This document shows, in pieces, positions 19,211 to 29,085 of a stretch of DNA of 64,000 bases. Within the stretch, counting starts at the first letter, position 1; each line of letters opens with the position of its first letter. The position numbers and the translations under genes were made by a program. The notes beneath the pieces were generated by a model. The model had not been told where the DNA came from and searched no databases. It saw only the letters and a program-made list of their open reading frames with translations. The stretch is from Alphaproteobacteria bacterium (lineage in GTDB: Bacteria; Pseudomonadota; Alphaproteobacteria; UBA828; JAPUJA01). The stretch is from positions 488,232-552,231 of the forward strand of contig CBDFML010000010.1 in NCBI GenBank assembly GCA_965249645.1, given 5' to 3'.

Positions 19211-19678
19211 ATGACAGGACGGGCATCGTTTTGCGCGACCGAGGAGCAGCGCCGCACGGTGCGCGCCATGGCGGGCTACGGCATTCCCCAGGACGAGATC
19301 GCGCGGGTGGTGATCAACCCGGCGACAGGCCGTTCGATCACGCGCAAGACACTCGCTCGACATTGTGCCGACGAGATCGCGACGGGAGCGACTGAGGAAA
19401 ACGCAAAGGTTGCCCAGTCGCTCTACCGTCAGGCGGTCGACGGCCATGTCACCGCGGCGATCTTCTGGTGCAAGACCCGGATGGGTTGGCGTGAGACACC
19501 ACGCGGAGCGGCGGCCGTTGGAATCGAAGCTGGAGGGCTGGTGATCGAGAGCCGTATTGAGCTTGGCGGCGACGGTCCATCCCATAATGGCGCGGGCGAT
19601 GGCGGCGGTTCTCGCCAACAGACGCGGGGCGATCAGGGCGGCGCAGATGAGGAGCCGGCGGCAGGGCAGGAGAATTAA
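19211..19678 (+). CDS. Phage terminase small subunit-like protein
   Basis: 155 aa with RBS AAGGAG. N-terminal HTH-like part and the motif AAIFWCKTRMGWRE, common in alphaproteobacterial phage terS-like proteins. Sits directly upstream of the terL fragment. Confidence 0.6.
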   Translation: MTGRASFCATEEQRRTVRAMAGYGIPQDEIARVVINPATGRSITRKTLARHCADEIATGATEENAKVAQSLYRQAVDGHVTAAIFWCKTRMGWRETPRGAAAVGIEAGGLVIESRIELGGDGPSHNGAGDGGGSRQQTRGDQGGADEEPAAGQEN

Positions 19679-19740
19679 CCGGCGACACGACCTGCCCGCG
19701 CGTCGCACGGGCGGCCGGATCAACATTAAAAGGATGGGAG

Positions 19741-20616
19741 ATGCACAAGGTGCGGCTCGATTACCGGCCGGCTGGACCGACGCTCGCGCGCTTTCACCGC
19801 TCCGAAGCCTTCGTGCGCACGGTGATGGGCCCGTTGGGTTCGGGCAAGACGACCGTGTGTGCCGTCGAGATCTGGCGGCGTGCGATTGCGCAATCGACTG
19901 ACTGCGGGGGCGTGCGCCGGTCACGCTGGCTGGTGGTGCGCTCGACCTATCCGGAACTGGAAACGACGACGATCAAAAGCTGGCGCGCACTGTTCGACGA
20001 CCGCTTCGGGCCCATGAGCTGGGGTCATCCGCCGACCCATCGGCTGACCGCTCAGCTCGCCGACGGCACGCGGCTCGACGCCGAGGTGATCTTCATGGCA
20101 CTCGACGAGCCCGACGGCGCGGAGAAGATCCGCGGCCTCGAGCTGACCGGCGCCTGGTTCAACGAGGTGCGCGAGATTCCCAAGGCGATCGTCGACATGG
20201 CAACCGGCCGGGTTGGGCGCTATCCCGCGCGGCGCGACGGCGGGGCGGACTGGTTCGGTGTGATCGCGGACTCAAATGCATTCACGTCGGACGAGGAGAA
20301 GGCCCAGGCGCAGGCGGTGCTGGCGAAGATTGCCCAGCAGCCCCACATCCTTCAAGCCGAAATCAACAAGATCGAGGCCGGGCACCGCTCCATTTTCGTG
20401 GCGGGTTGGCGACCGTTCATCGGCTGGGTATGTGGTGCGGCCCTGTTCTATCACTTCATCGGCTACCCGTTACTCGATTGGGCTTTTGCCCTGTGGGCGT
20501 CGAGCATGAATACTCCCACGCTCGTGGGAACGGAGAGCCTATTCGAGCTCGTGCTGGCGATGCTGGGACTTGCCGGTTATCGGACGTGGGAGAAGCTGAG
20601 AGGGCAGGCCAAATAA
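19741..20616 (+). pseudogene. Chimeric ORF: terminase large-subunit ATPase N-terminus fused in frame to a 3TM-holin-like C-terminus (prophage deletion remnant)
   Basis: Residues 1 to about 180 carry Walker A GPLGSGKTT, LVVRSTYPELE, and Walker B-like AWFNEVRE up to VIADSNAF. The rest (SIFVAGWRPFIGWVCGAALFYHFIGYPLL..LGLAGYRTWEKLRG) looks like a 3TM holin of the gene-transfer-release type. Confidence 0.6.
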
Positions 20617-20974
20617 GCTGCGTTGCACTCGCCCTGTTCTTCGTGACCATCAGGATTAAAGCCCAAGCGGTGTGGTACAATCGGTGGGAGATCAACAGGT
20701 GAAGGTTGCCAGATCGGGTATCCTCGAATGCCCCCCGATTGAACTGCCTTTTTTTGTCTCATTCTAACTAGGCCAGCGATATCTCCAGCTGCTACCACCG
20801 CCCTCCCTACAGCCGGCGCCACAGTGACGCCGGTAGCAGTTCCGCCTTGTCACCACCCTTGCGAGACCCCAGTTGCTCGACCTAAGCTTTCAAAAATTAG
20901 AATGAAGAGCAAGCCTCCCCGCCGGTTACGCTGTATCGAGTGGGACAAGGCTGGGCGTTAGGAGAACATCGACT

Positions 20975-21703
20975 ATGCGTCTTGGAGATGCAGCCGCGCC
21001 CGTGTCGCCGCGCGTTGCCAAAGCTTACCGAAGCAACGGCACGCTTTGGCAACGCCTCAAAACTGCCTGCCCCGACCTTTGGGATGGATATCTCGGGACC
21101 GACTTCATCTGGAGCCTGGCCGAGGGAACACTATCCGATGACGCGTTCCGCCACCACATCACCCAAGACTACCTCTACCGCATCCATTACGCCCGGGCCT
21201 ACGCGCTAGCTGCCTACAAGGCTGACACCGTCGCAAATATGCGAAAGTTCCTCGACAGGATGCTGGCCGTGCTGGATACAGAATTCACATTGCATCGCAG
21301 CCTGCTCGAATCCTGGGGCATTTCGATGGTGGAACTGGATACTGTTCCAGAATCAAGCGCTATTGTCGCCTACACTCGCTCCATTCTCGACTGCGGTGCC
21401 GCCGGTGACCTGCTCGACCTGCACACCGCGCTCTCGCCCTACGTCATCGGGCGTGCCGAGGTCGGTCGACTTTTGATCGACCACGAACGGACGGTGCTAG
21501 AGGGCAACCCCTTCCGAGGCTGGATAGAGCAATACGCCGGCGACAATTACCAAGAGGTCGCACACGCCGCGGAAACCCATCTCGACGAGGTTGCGGCGGG
21601 CCGGCTCAGCGAGGAACGCTTTGCCCAGTTGGCAAGTATCTTTGCACAGGCCGTGCGGCTCGATAATAAATTCTGGGAAACGGGTTTCCGGGCAGAGAAT
21701 TAA
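20975..21703 (+). CDS. tenA: TenA-family thiaminase II / aminopyrimidine aminohydrolase
   Basis: 242 aa. TenA/PqqC-fold pattern FRHHITQDYLYRIHYARAYALAAYKA..PYVIGRAEVG..WIEQYAGDNY. Confidence 0.8.
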   Translation: MRLGDAAAPVSPRVAKAYRSNGTLWQRLKTACPDLWDGYLGTDFIWSLAEGTLSDDAFRHHITQDYLYRIHYARAYALAAYKADTVANMRKFLDRMLAVLDTEFTLHRSLLESWGISMVELDTVPESSAIVAYTRSILDCGAAGDLLDLHTALSPYVIGRAEVGRLLIDHERTVLEGNPFRGWIEQYAGDNYQEVAHAAETHLDEVAAGRLSEERFAQLASIFAQAVRLDNKFWETGFRAEN

Positions 21704-21711
21704 AATGGAAC

Positions 21712-21756
21712 TGGTGCCGCCGGAGTGGATCGAACACTCGGCCTCGCCCTTACCAA
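21712..21756 (-). repeat. att repeat: displaced 3' fragment of tRNA-Thr (anticodon loop through CCA)
   Basis: TGGTGCCGCCGGAGTGGATCGAACACTCGGCCTCGCCCTTACCAA is identical to 40447..40491. It starts 8 nt after the tenA stop. Confidence 0.9.
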
Positions 21757-21885
21757 CGCTTTTTGTCATTGCTTCGAGGTGAACATCGGTGCACCGTAGT
21801 AAACGAATATATCAATTCGATCAATGAGTTATAGGAAACCGAGTGTCATGGCGGTATAACCCGTTTCAGGGTCTTTCACCGAGCT

Positions 21886-21906
21886 TGCACTTACAGTGCA
21901 CTTACG
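21886..21906 (+). repeat. Tandem 11-mers TGCACTTACA-GTGCACTTACG (candidate arm-type recombinase sites), left arm
   Basis: The 21-nt string is identical to 40382..40402. It lies between the att repeat and the integrase start. Confidence 0.55.
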
Positions 21907-22022
21907 GGCGCGCGAGCCGGGTTCACTTAAGCGCAGAAAGAAGGTGACACATTCAAGCCGTCATCAGCCACAGCCTGATCACGAATCTCAAGCCCGGGGA
22001 TCGTCCCTTCGAGGTTCGAGAC

Positions 22023-23128
22023 ATGCGATTGAAGGGACTGTTGCTGCGCGTCCAACCGAGCGGCGTGATGACCTGGTACGCGGAGTTCGCGCGGGGCAAA
22101 CGCATCAGCTTGGGACGCGTCGATGCGATCAAGCCGGCCGAAGTCCGCGACGAAGCCAAGAAAGTGCTCTCGGAGGCCTACGCGGGCAGGGATCCCATGG
22201 CGAAGCGCCGTGCCGAGCGCGTCGAGTCCTTCCGCTCCTTTATCGATACCATCTATGCACCGTGGGCTGAAGAACACATTCGGACTCACAAGGGAACCCT
22301 GGGGCGCTTGAGAGGGAGATTTCCTGAGCTGCATAAGCAGAAGTTCAAAGACATCACTCCTCTGCTGGTCGAGAAGTGGCGTCTACGGCGGCTCAAGGAA
22401 GGGGCTAAGCCTTCGACGGTCAATCGCGATCTCAATGACCTGAAGTCCTGCCTCCATAAGGCGGTCTCGTGGGGCATCTCGAGGCGTCCCCTCTCCAATT
22501 GGTCCGCGGCATGCGAGTCGATGCCATGCCAGTTGTGCGTTTCCTCAGTGACGACGAAGAGCGTTGTCTACGCGTCGCACTCGATCAGCGTGGAAAGCGC
22601 ATTCGCCAGGAGCGTCGAAATGCGAATGCTTAGCGTCAATGCCGAGGGTACGAGCTTCTGCCCGACCTCGACGAAGCGCCCTTTGTGGATCATCTCGAAC
22701 CGATGGTGATCGTCTCGCTCAACACCGGTATGCGTCGGGGTGAGATCTCAAATCTGAGGTGGGCCGATGTGGATCTTGATCAAGCGCTCATCACCATCCA
22801 TGGACATTCTGCGAAGAGCAATCGGACCCGATATATTCCGCTCAATGACGAGGCCTGCGCCGCCTTGCGGGATTGGCGGGGCGCGCGATTTGATTGGGAT
22901 GGCTACGTCTTCCCAGGCCGCTTCGGCGACCGCCTCGATAATGTGCGGACCGCCTGGGAGAGGGTGCTTGCGGACGCGGGCATCGATCAGTTTCGGTGGC
23001 ACGATTTGCGGCACACATTTGCGTCGCGCCTCGTGATGAAGGGTGTCGATCTCAATACCGTCCGAGAGCTTCTCGGCCACGCGCCTTATCAAATGACGTT
23101 GCGCTACGCCCATCTTGCACCGGAGTAA
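22023..23128 (+). pseudogene. Tyrosine recombinase (phage-type integrase), disrupted
   Basis: N-terminus in ORF 22023..; the frame switches in the G-run near 22471..22476 (..KAVSWG then HLEASPLQLVRGMRVDAMPVVRFLSDDEE..). In-frame TAG at 22631..22633 (RRNANA*RQCRGYELLPDL). The catalytic C-terminus is intact (LNTGMRRGE, WHDLRHTFAS, LGHAPYQMTLRYAH). Confidence 0.85.
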
Positions 23129-23168
23129 AACCCGGGCGATTCCAGCTTGTCGGATTCCGCCCCAGGGG

Positions 23169-23807
23169 CTATTCGGCAGCTTCGGTCTTTCCGCCCGTGA
23201 TCTCGAGGAATTCCTCGGTCGGCTTGGCGATTCCCTGACGGATGAAGCTCTCGCGCATGGGGCTGCCGTTGCCCGCGTGGGCCACCATCTGCTCGGGCGG
23301 TGTCGGCTCGGCTACCTCGGGCCAGATGCCCGGCTGGGGCTCGGCCCCCTCGGCGACAATCGCCATCGGTTCGTCGTCTTCCATCGCGGGCATCACCAGG
23401 ATCTCCATGCAATCCCAGGTGATCTCCAGGGGAATGTTATTGGGGTCGAAGAAATAGATCGACCACATGGTGCCATGATCCACGGCACCGCTCACCTCGA
23501 CGCCCGCCGCCTCGAGCTTGTCCTTGTAGGCGAACAGGTCGGCGCAACTTGCGACCGTGAACGAGACGTGATCGAAGCCCAGCGGCTTCGTCGTCGGCAC
23601 GCCCTGAGACTTGCGCTCCATGGGCTGCGCGCCTTCATACTCGAAGAACGCCACATGGGTGTCGCCGAAACGGAAGAAATAGTGGCGATAGCCGTCATGA
23701 CCGATGCCGGCGGACAACGCCATGTCGAGCAGGTCCCGATAGAACCGGATGGTCTTCTCCATATCCTCGGTGATAAAGGCCAGGTGATTGATGCCCGTGA
23801 GCTTCAT
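23169..23807 (-). CDS. VOC-family (glyoxalase / extradiol dioxygenase fold) protein
   Basis: MKLTGINHLAFITEDMEKTIRFY..GFDHVSFTV. The ATG at 23807 is preceded by AAGGAGA. Confidence 0.75.
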   Translation of the reverse strand: MKLTGINHLAFITEDMEKTIRFYRDLLDMALSAGIGHDGYRHYFFRFGDTHVAFFEYEGAQPMERKSQGVPTTKPLGFDHVSFTVASCADLFAYKDKLEAAGVEVSGAVDHGTMWSIYFFDPNNIPLEITWDCMEILVMPAMEDDEPMAIVAEGAEPQPGIWPEVAEPTPPEQMVAHAGNGSPMRESFIRQGIAKPTEEFLEITGGKTEAAE

Positions 23808-23911
23808 GATTCTCCTTTCCGCACCGCCCGCGTACGGGCTTTGGTCAGCGCGTTCTGTCAGAGTCGCCCGCAGCATACCCGAATCATCGTTCCGGTTATA
23901 GGATAGCGGGG

Positions 23912-24976
23912 ATGATGACTTTCGTTCACGACAACCCGATCGGCCGGGTCGTCTTCGGCGTCGGCCGGCGGACGAGCCTCGGTGAAGAAATCGAGCGGCT
24001 CGACCTCGCGCGGCTGTTGATCTTGTGCAGCCAGAGCCAGCGGGTCCGCGCCGAGGAGGCGGCCCACGCCCTTGGCTCCACGGCGATCGGGGTGTTCGGC
24101 GAAGCGGTCAGCCACATCTCCCCCGTCCTCGCCGCCCGGGCCTCGGCCGAAGCGGCGCACGCCGAGGCTGACGGCCTGGTCGCAATCGGCGGCGGATCGG
24201 CCGTCGGCCTGGCGAAGGCGGTGGCCCGTGAGCGGGGTCTGCCGATTGCTGCCCTGCCGACGACCTACGCAGGCTCGGAGATGACCCCGGTCTGGGGCCT
24301 GACCGAAAAAGGCGTCAAACGCACTGGACGGGATCCGCAGGTGCTGCCGAAGCTGGTGATCTACGACCCCGAGCTTACCCTCGATCTGCCGCCGGGAATC
24401 GCCGCGGCCTCGGGCATGAACGCCCTCGCCCATTGCGTCGAGGCGCTTTATGCGCTGGGCGCCAGCCCGATCGTCTGCCTGATGGCCGAGGAAGGAATCG
24501 GGTCGCTCGCTCGCAGCCTGCCTGGGGTTGTGGCCGCGCCCCGGGATATCGACGCGCGCAGCCAGGCGCTCTACGGCGCCTGGCTGTCGGGCGCGGCGCT
24601 GGGCGGCGTCGCCATGGCGCTGCATCACAAGCTCTGTCATGTGCTGGGCGGGCGATTCAGCCTGCCCCACGCCCAAACCCACGCGGCGGTCCTGCCGCAC
24701 GCCGCCGCCTACAACCGCTCGGCCGCGCCCGACGCCATGGACCGCATCGCTGAGGCGCTGGGCTGCCAAGACGCGCCGGGCGGACTCTTCGAACTGGCTT
24801 GTGCGACAGGCTGTCAGATGGCGCTCGGGGATTTCGGCCTCAAGGAATCCGATCTCGACGAGGCGGCGGACCTCGCGACCCGGGATCCCTACCCCAATCC
24901 GCGGCCTCTCGAGCGCGCTGCCGTGCGCGCATTGCTCGCGGACGCGCTCAACGGCCGGCGGCCACAAACCGCCTGA
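23912..24976 (+). CDS. Maleylacetate reductase-like iron-containing alcohol dehydrogenase
   Basis: 354 aa. GGGSAVGLAKAVA, LPTTYAGSEMTP, MNALAHCVEALY and HHKLCHVLGG match the maleylacetate reductase pattern. Confidence 0.8.
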   Translation: MMTFVHDNPIGRVVFGVGRRTSLGEEIERLDLARLLILCSQSQRVRAEEAAHALGSTAIGVFGEAVSHISPVLAARASAEAAHAEADGLVAIGGGSAVGLAKAVARERGLPIAALPTTYAGSEMTPVWGLTEKGVKRTGRDPQVLPKLVIYDPELTLDLPPGIAAASGMNALAHCVEALYALGASPIVCLMAEEGIGSLARSLPGVVAAPRDIDARSQALYGAWLSGAALGGVAMALHHKLCHVLGGRFSLPHAQTHAAVLPHAAAYNRSAAPDAMDRIAEALGCQDAPGGLFELACATGCQMALGDFGLKESDLDEAADLATRDPYPNPRPLERAAVRALLADALNGRRPQTA

Positions 24977-25489
24977 GCGAGACCGGTACGTGCCTAAATG
25001 GCGCGTTAGAGCATTTTCTGAGAGCACAGCTGCACCATCGTCCGGAAAAAACAACTTCCCGATAAGCGAGCCTTTGCCTCTCGTCGTTAGGACCGCTTGT
25101 GGCTATCAATAGACATCGCAGCAGGGGCACCGGCACCTCCGCTTATGACCCAACTCGGACATTTGCGGCTTCACTAGTCCACGATTGCCAAGAGCTCTGT
25201 TCGCTGAGATCCTGCGTCTGATTAACGGGCTGCGGCCAGCCCCTCTACCGCCATGACAGCGACCGATCCAGTAGCATCCAGGTTGCGCGATAGGACGGGT
25301 GTGTGCGGCGCGGGCCGGGGTACGCTCTCACAGCGCGAAAAAGTCACTGGCCGGGCTTTTGATCGCCAAATCGGCTCGACGAAGAGGGGAGATCGCTATG
25401 CAGACTGCTGGATCAGGACCGGGAGCGCCTTCGACCCCTTATTTGCTACTCTACCAGTGACCGCAAGTGGTCATCCGGGGAATCTCGGC

Positions 25490-26446
25490 TTAGACGAGGG
25501 TCCCGCTCTGGCGCACCGCCCGGCCCGTGCTGTTGACCAGATACACCGCCACCAGCAGAAGGGCCAGCGCCGCCCAGACCCACACCGAATGAACCTCGCC
25601 GAACAGCAGAATGCCCCACCCCACGCCCGTCAGCGTCGCCAGATTATCGACGATCGACAAGTACACGGGCCCCGACAGGCGGATCAGCTCGAGCAGGACG
25701 AACCACATGGCCGCCTGGGAGAGCGTGATGCCGATTAGCGCGCCGTCGCCGGCGTCCAACGGTGCCCCAAACCACCACCAGCTGTCCGTCGCCGCGACGA
25801 TCGGCAGCATCAGGATCGCCGAGGCGCTCAGCGTGCCCGCCGCGAGTTCGAGCGAACCCATCGTCGGAAATCGCAGCCGTGCGATGCCGACCGCGCTCAG
25901 CGAGAATGAGGCTGGCGCCGCCAAGGCGAGCACGACCCAGCCCACCATGTCGCGGCTCGGCAGGCTGGAATCGGGCAGCACGATCAACAGCACGCCGGCG
26001 AAGCCCAGCAAGATGCCGAGCAGCCTGATGAAAAGAAACACTTCGAGCCGCGTGCCGAGTGCGAAGACGTAGGTGAACAGGGGGACCATCGCCAGTGTCA
26101 GACCGACGATCCCCGCGGGCAGCCTAGGCGCGACGAAGGCATAGATTTAATAGGGCACCACCATGCCGAACACCGACATACCAAGATAGATCCAAAGCGC
26201 GCGCCGGTCGCAGCGGGGAAACCGGTGATGGAACGCGCCGTAGGTGGCGAGCAGCAGAAGCGCCGCGCCGGCGCACTGCCAGAAGACATAGGCGATGAAC
26301 GGGATGCCCGCGGTGATCCCGATCCGGTTGAGCGAGAACGACAGGCCGAAAATCGCGGCCATGAAGGCGATGATGCCCAGCGGCGCGAATCGGGACCGCC
26401 GATAGAGCGGTGCGAAACCTGAAGTGTCGATGCCGGGGTCTCCCAT
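25490..26446 (-). pseudogene. EamA/DMT-family permease with an in-frame TAA (26147..26149)
   Basis: ORFs 26147..26497 and 25490..26089 are in the same frame. The read-through gives ..GMVVPY*IYAFVAPRLPAGIVGLTLAMVPLFTY.., i.e. one 10-TM-type DMT protein split in two. Confidence 0.75.
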
Positions 26447-26508
26447 CGCTCGGCTGTAACATTCATCGCCCATAGGAACAATGAGCGATCCGACCAAAGA
26501 GGGTCATC

Positions 26509-27000
26509 ATGGGCGGAAAAACGATGCCGATTACCGGCGGACGCGCGTGCGGCGCGATCCGCGACGAGGCAACCGAGCCGCCACAAGAGGTTGGCTATTG
26601 CCATTGCCGGATGTGCCAGAAAGCTACCGGCAACCTATTCTATCCGTGGGCCATGTTTGGGAGCGACGCATTTCGGATAACAAAGGGCGAGCCGACGTTC
26701 TATAAATCCTCGGCCTTGGCGGAACGCGGCTTCTGTGCGAATTGCGGCACGCAAATGGCTTTTCACTATCTCAGTGACCGCGTGTTCCGGGCGTCTATCG
26801 GTAGCCTAGATCATCCGGAAGATTGGCCGCCGAGTGTCCGTGCTGGCGTTGGAAGCCAGATACCGTGGTTGACCATCCATGACGACCTTCCCCGCATGCG
26901 CACCGAAGAGTGCCCCGAGTTCGCCGCGGCGAAGGCCTCAACGCTCACGGGGGTTTTTAGATCTCCCCAATCGGCCGGTACGTCGATAAGTCGGCCCTGA
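26509..27000 (+). CDS. GFA-family (glutathione-dependent formaldehyde-activating / CENP-V-like) protein; the 3' tail reads into an antisense gene relic
   Basis: GYCHCRMCQKATG and FCANCGTQM zinc motifs. The first motif reads GGRACG where GGCxCG is usual. The last roughly 20 codons are antisense to the binding-protein relic, so the native C-terminus may be lost. Confidence 0.65.
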   Translation: MGGKTMPITGGRACGAIRDEATEPPQEVGYCHCRMCQKATGNLFYPWAMFGSDAFRITKGEPTFYKSSALAERGFCANCGTQMAFHYLSDRVFRASIGSLDHPEDWPPSVRAGVGSQIPWLTIHDDLPRMRTEECPEFAAAKASTLTGVFRSPQSAGTSISRP

Positions 27001-27473
27001 CGGTAAGTATCCGGGGTCGCGAAGACTTCGCCTCATTTCCTCAAAGCCCACCAATGCGGAAGTCCGGGGCAAAGCGGTTCCGCATATCCGGGATAGACCC
27101 ATCCTCCGGACCCCTCCATGCCGGTCAACCCGAGCACTTCGAGTGTCCCGTCGTCGACGCCCTTAAAGTACCCCTCGCCGATGGTCACTTCCCATATCTC
27201 CAACGCCGCCGTCAGATCGCCCTCGCCTATGGCTGTGAGCTGGGGAATGTAACCGGCTGTAATGTATTCGATGTTGTAGCCCATCTTCGTGAGCAGCTTG
27301 CCGGCGATTGTCGTGATGATGATCTGGCTGCTCCAGTCATTCATCGCGAGTTTGATCGCATCGCCGGATTCTGGAATGTCGGTAGCCTGCGCTGCCGCCA
27401 CGCCAACGGCGCTCGTCGCCAACGCAAAACACAGACAGGCCGACGCAATCGAACGCCGAATGACGCTCTTCAT
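26930..27473 (-). pseudogene. Truncated paralog of the adjacent betaine-type substrate-binding protein (in-frame TGA at 27033..27035, C-terminal half deleted)
   Basis: MKSVIRR..IPESGDAIKLAMNDWSSQIIITTIAGKLLTKMGYNIEYITAGYIPQLTAIGEGDLTAALEIWE parallels the 27851..28840 product. After the TGA the frame continues GEVFATPDTYRQGRLIDVPADWGDLKT, then similarity ends. Confidence 0.8.
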
Positions 27474-27850
27474 TTCGACCTCCCTATTAATTGATTTGTT
27501 CTTCCAATCCACCCACTCGGCGGCCGCTGCCTGACGCACCGGCCGGTGGATTACACAAAGCGTTACCCCACGGCGATAATTTGGGTTGCGCGTGCTTGCA
27601 ACTACAAGACGCTTCCTGACGCGCCCTCTCTGTGCAAAAGCTCGCCCTATCAAGTATCAATGTCGGTGATTGTCTGTTCGTCGCTCTCAGGCAAGCTAAT
27701 GTTCAGATCCATACCTCACTGCGCTCTCCATAGCGCCGCCCATTGCCTTTAGCGGTCGCTATGGTGAGCCAAATTGCATTGCTACGGCCCGAAATTTCGT
27801 GATCCAGACCTCAGGATTTAATCTTGGCACAACATCGCGCGGCGCATGAA

Positions 27851-28840
27851 CTACAGGGCCGCCTCATCGATCCAGACGCTCCAATTCGCCTCGTTGTCCG
27901 CAATCCACTGGTCGGTCAAATCATCCAGGCTCTCGCCGCCCAGTTCAAAGGCATGCATCATCGCGATGTCGTCCTCGGTCGAGATCTGGAACGCCTTGAG
28001 GAACCGGTAGGCTCCGGGCCACTTGTCCTTCATCCCGGGCCAAGCCACCTTTGTGATCGGCAATGCTGCTTCCGTGCAGTCGTAAGCGAGGTCGGGATTG
28101 GGACCCCAGGAGGGATCTTCCCAGCACGCGTCTTCGTATGCAGGCTCATCGAGGTGTTGCAGATCGTATTCGGCAAAGACCCAGTGCGGCCACCACAGGT
28201 AGATCAACAAGGGCGTCTGGGACTGGAAGGCTGCCTTGACTTCGGCCATCATCGCGCCTTCGCTTCCTCCCTTAACGACCTGAAAGTCTATTTCATAGGC
28301 CGCAACGCGTTCGACGGTTTTGAAGTCACCCCAATCCGACGGTTGATCGATGACACGGCCTTGCGGGTAGGTATCGGGCGTGGCGAACACTTCGGCACAG
28401 TCTTGCAGAGCCCGAATGTCGGGAAGCCCGGGGCAAAGCTCCTCGGCGAATCCCGGATAAACCCAGCCGGCCGCCCCTTGCATGCCGGTCAACCCGAGTA
28501 TTTCCAGCTTGCCTTCTTCAATGCCCTTAAAGTACCCCTCGCCGGCGCTGACCTCCCACATTTCCAGAGTGGCCGTCAGATCACCGAAGCCGATTGCCGT
28601 CAGCTGGGGAATATAGCCCGCTGTGACGTACTCGACGTTGTAGCCCATTTTCGTAAGCAACTTTCCTGCAATCGTCGTTATAAGGTTCTGACTGCTCCAG
28701 TCATTCATGGCGAGAATTACGGGGTCGTCTGACTCCGGAATGTCGCCGGCCTGTGCGGGCGCCACACCGGCAACGGCAGTGGCCATCAATAGCGAAAACC
28801 CAACGGCTGCGATCGAATTCCTGCGGAAACGATTTTTCAT
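27851..28840 (-). CDS. ABC substrate-binding protein, glycine betaine/proline betaine (ProX/OpuAC) family
   Basis: 329 aa with a signal peptide (AVGFSLLMATAVAGVAPAQA) and a ProX-like body (MNDWSSQ.., LLIYLWWPHWV). Confidence 0.85.
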   Translation of the reverse strand: MKNRFRRNSIAAVGFSLLMATAVAGVAPAQAGDIPESDDPVILAMNDWSSQNLITTIAGKLLTKMGYNVEYVTAGYIPQLTAIGFGDLTATLEMWEVSAGEGYFKGIEEGKLEILGLTGMQGAAGWVYPGFAEELCPGLPDIRALQDCAEVFATPDTYPQGRVIDQPSDWGDFKTVERVAAYEIDFQVVKGGSEGAMMAEVKAAFQSQTPLLIYLWWPHWVFAEYDLQHLDEPAYEDACWEDPSWGPNPDLAYDCTEAALPITKVAWPGMKDKWPGAYRFLKAFQISTEDDIAMMHAFELGGESLDDLTDQWIADNEANWSVWIDEAAL

Positions 28841-29085
28841 CTCATGCTCCCGAATAGTTTCGTTCGGAAAGCCGACGTTTAGCGACGTACCCGATGAATT
28901 AGTACTTCGGGTGCTCGCCCCGCTCGCCAGTGTCCGCTGAATCGGATTGCAGCAGGAATTGTGTAGCGTTACCCCAAGAGGACGTGGCGAAATACGTGGA
29001 AGCGATGGCGGTCGTCTCCGCCAGAAGCATCATGTCAGACTCTCCCTCGAGAGGCTGCGCGGTTCCCTGAGCTCGTCTGATTCCA

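Noticed and set aside
20617-20974. Possible TPP riboswitch upstream of tenA, and a nested hairpin (CTGCTACC..GGTAGCAG around CCGGCG..CGCCGG, about 20787..20841)
   Set aside because: I could not find the THI-box core elements (CUGAGA, ACCUGAUC..GCGUAGGGA) on either strand. The hairpin has overlapping alternative stems and no T-tract, so it matches no class I can support.
25080-25489. About 0.4 kb without a convincing ORF. It includes a GGTAGAG-containing stretch that looked tRNA-like on the minus strand, and short frames such as RALFAEILRLINGLRPAPLPP that hint at a transposase relic.
   Set aside because: No acceptor or T-arm (GTTCGAATC-like) could be folded, so it is not a tRNA. The peptide similarity is too short to name a family.
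16204-27035. Idea that the in-frame stops reflect stop-codon recoding (for example pyrrolysine or selenocysteine) or an alternative genetic code
   Set aside because: All three stop codons (TAG, TAA, TGA) occur as interruptions, and the same codons terminate neighbouring genes normally. No SECIS-like or PYLIS-like context was seen. Ordinary nonsense mutations or sequence errors explain them better.
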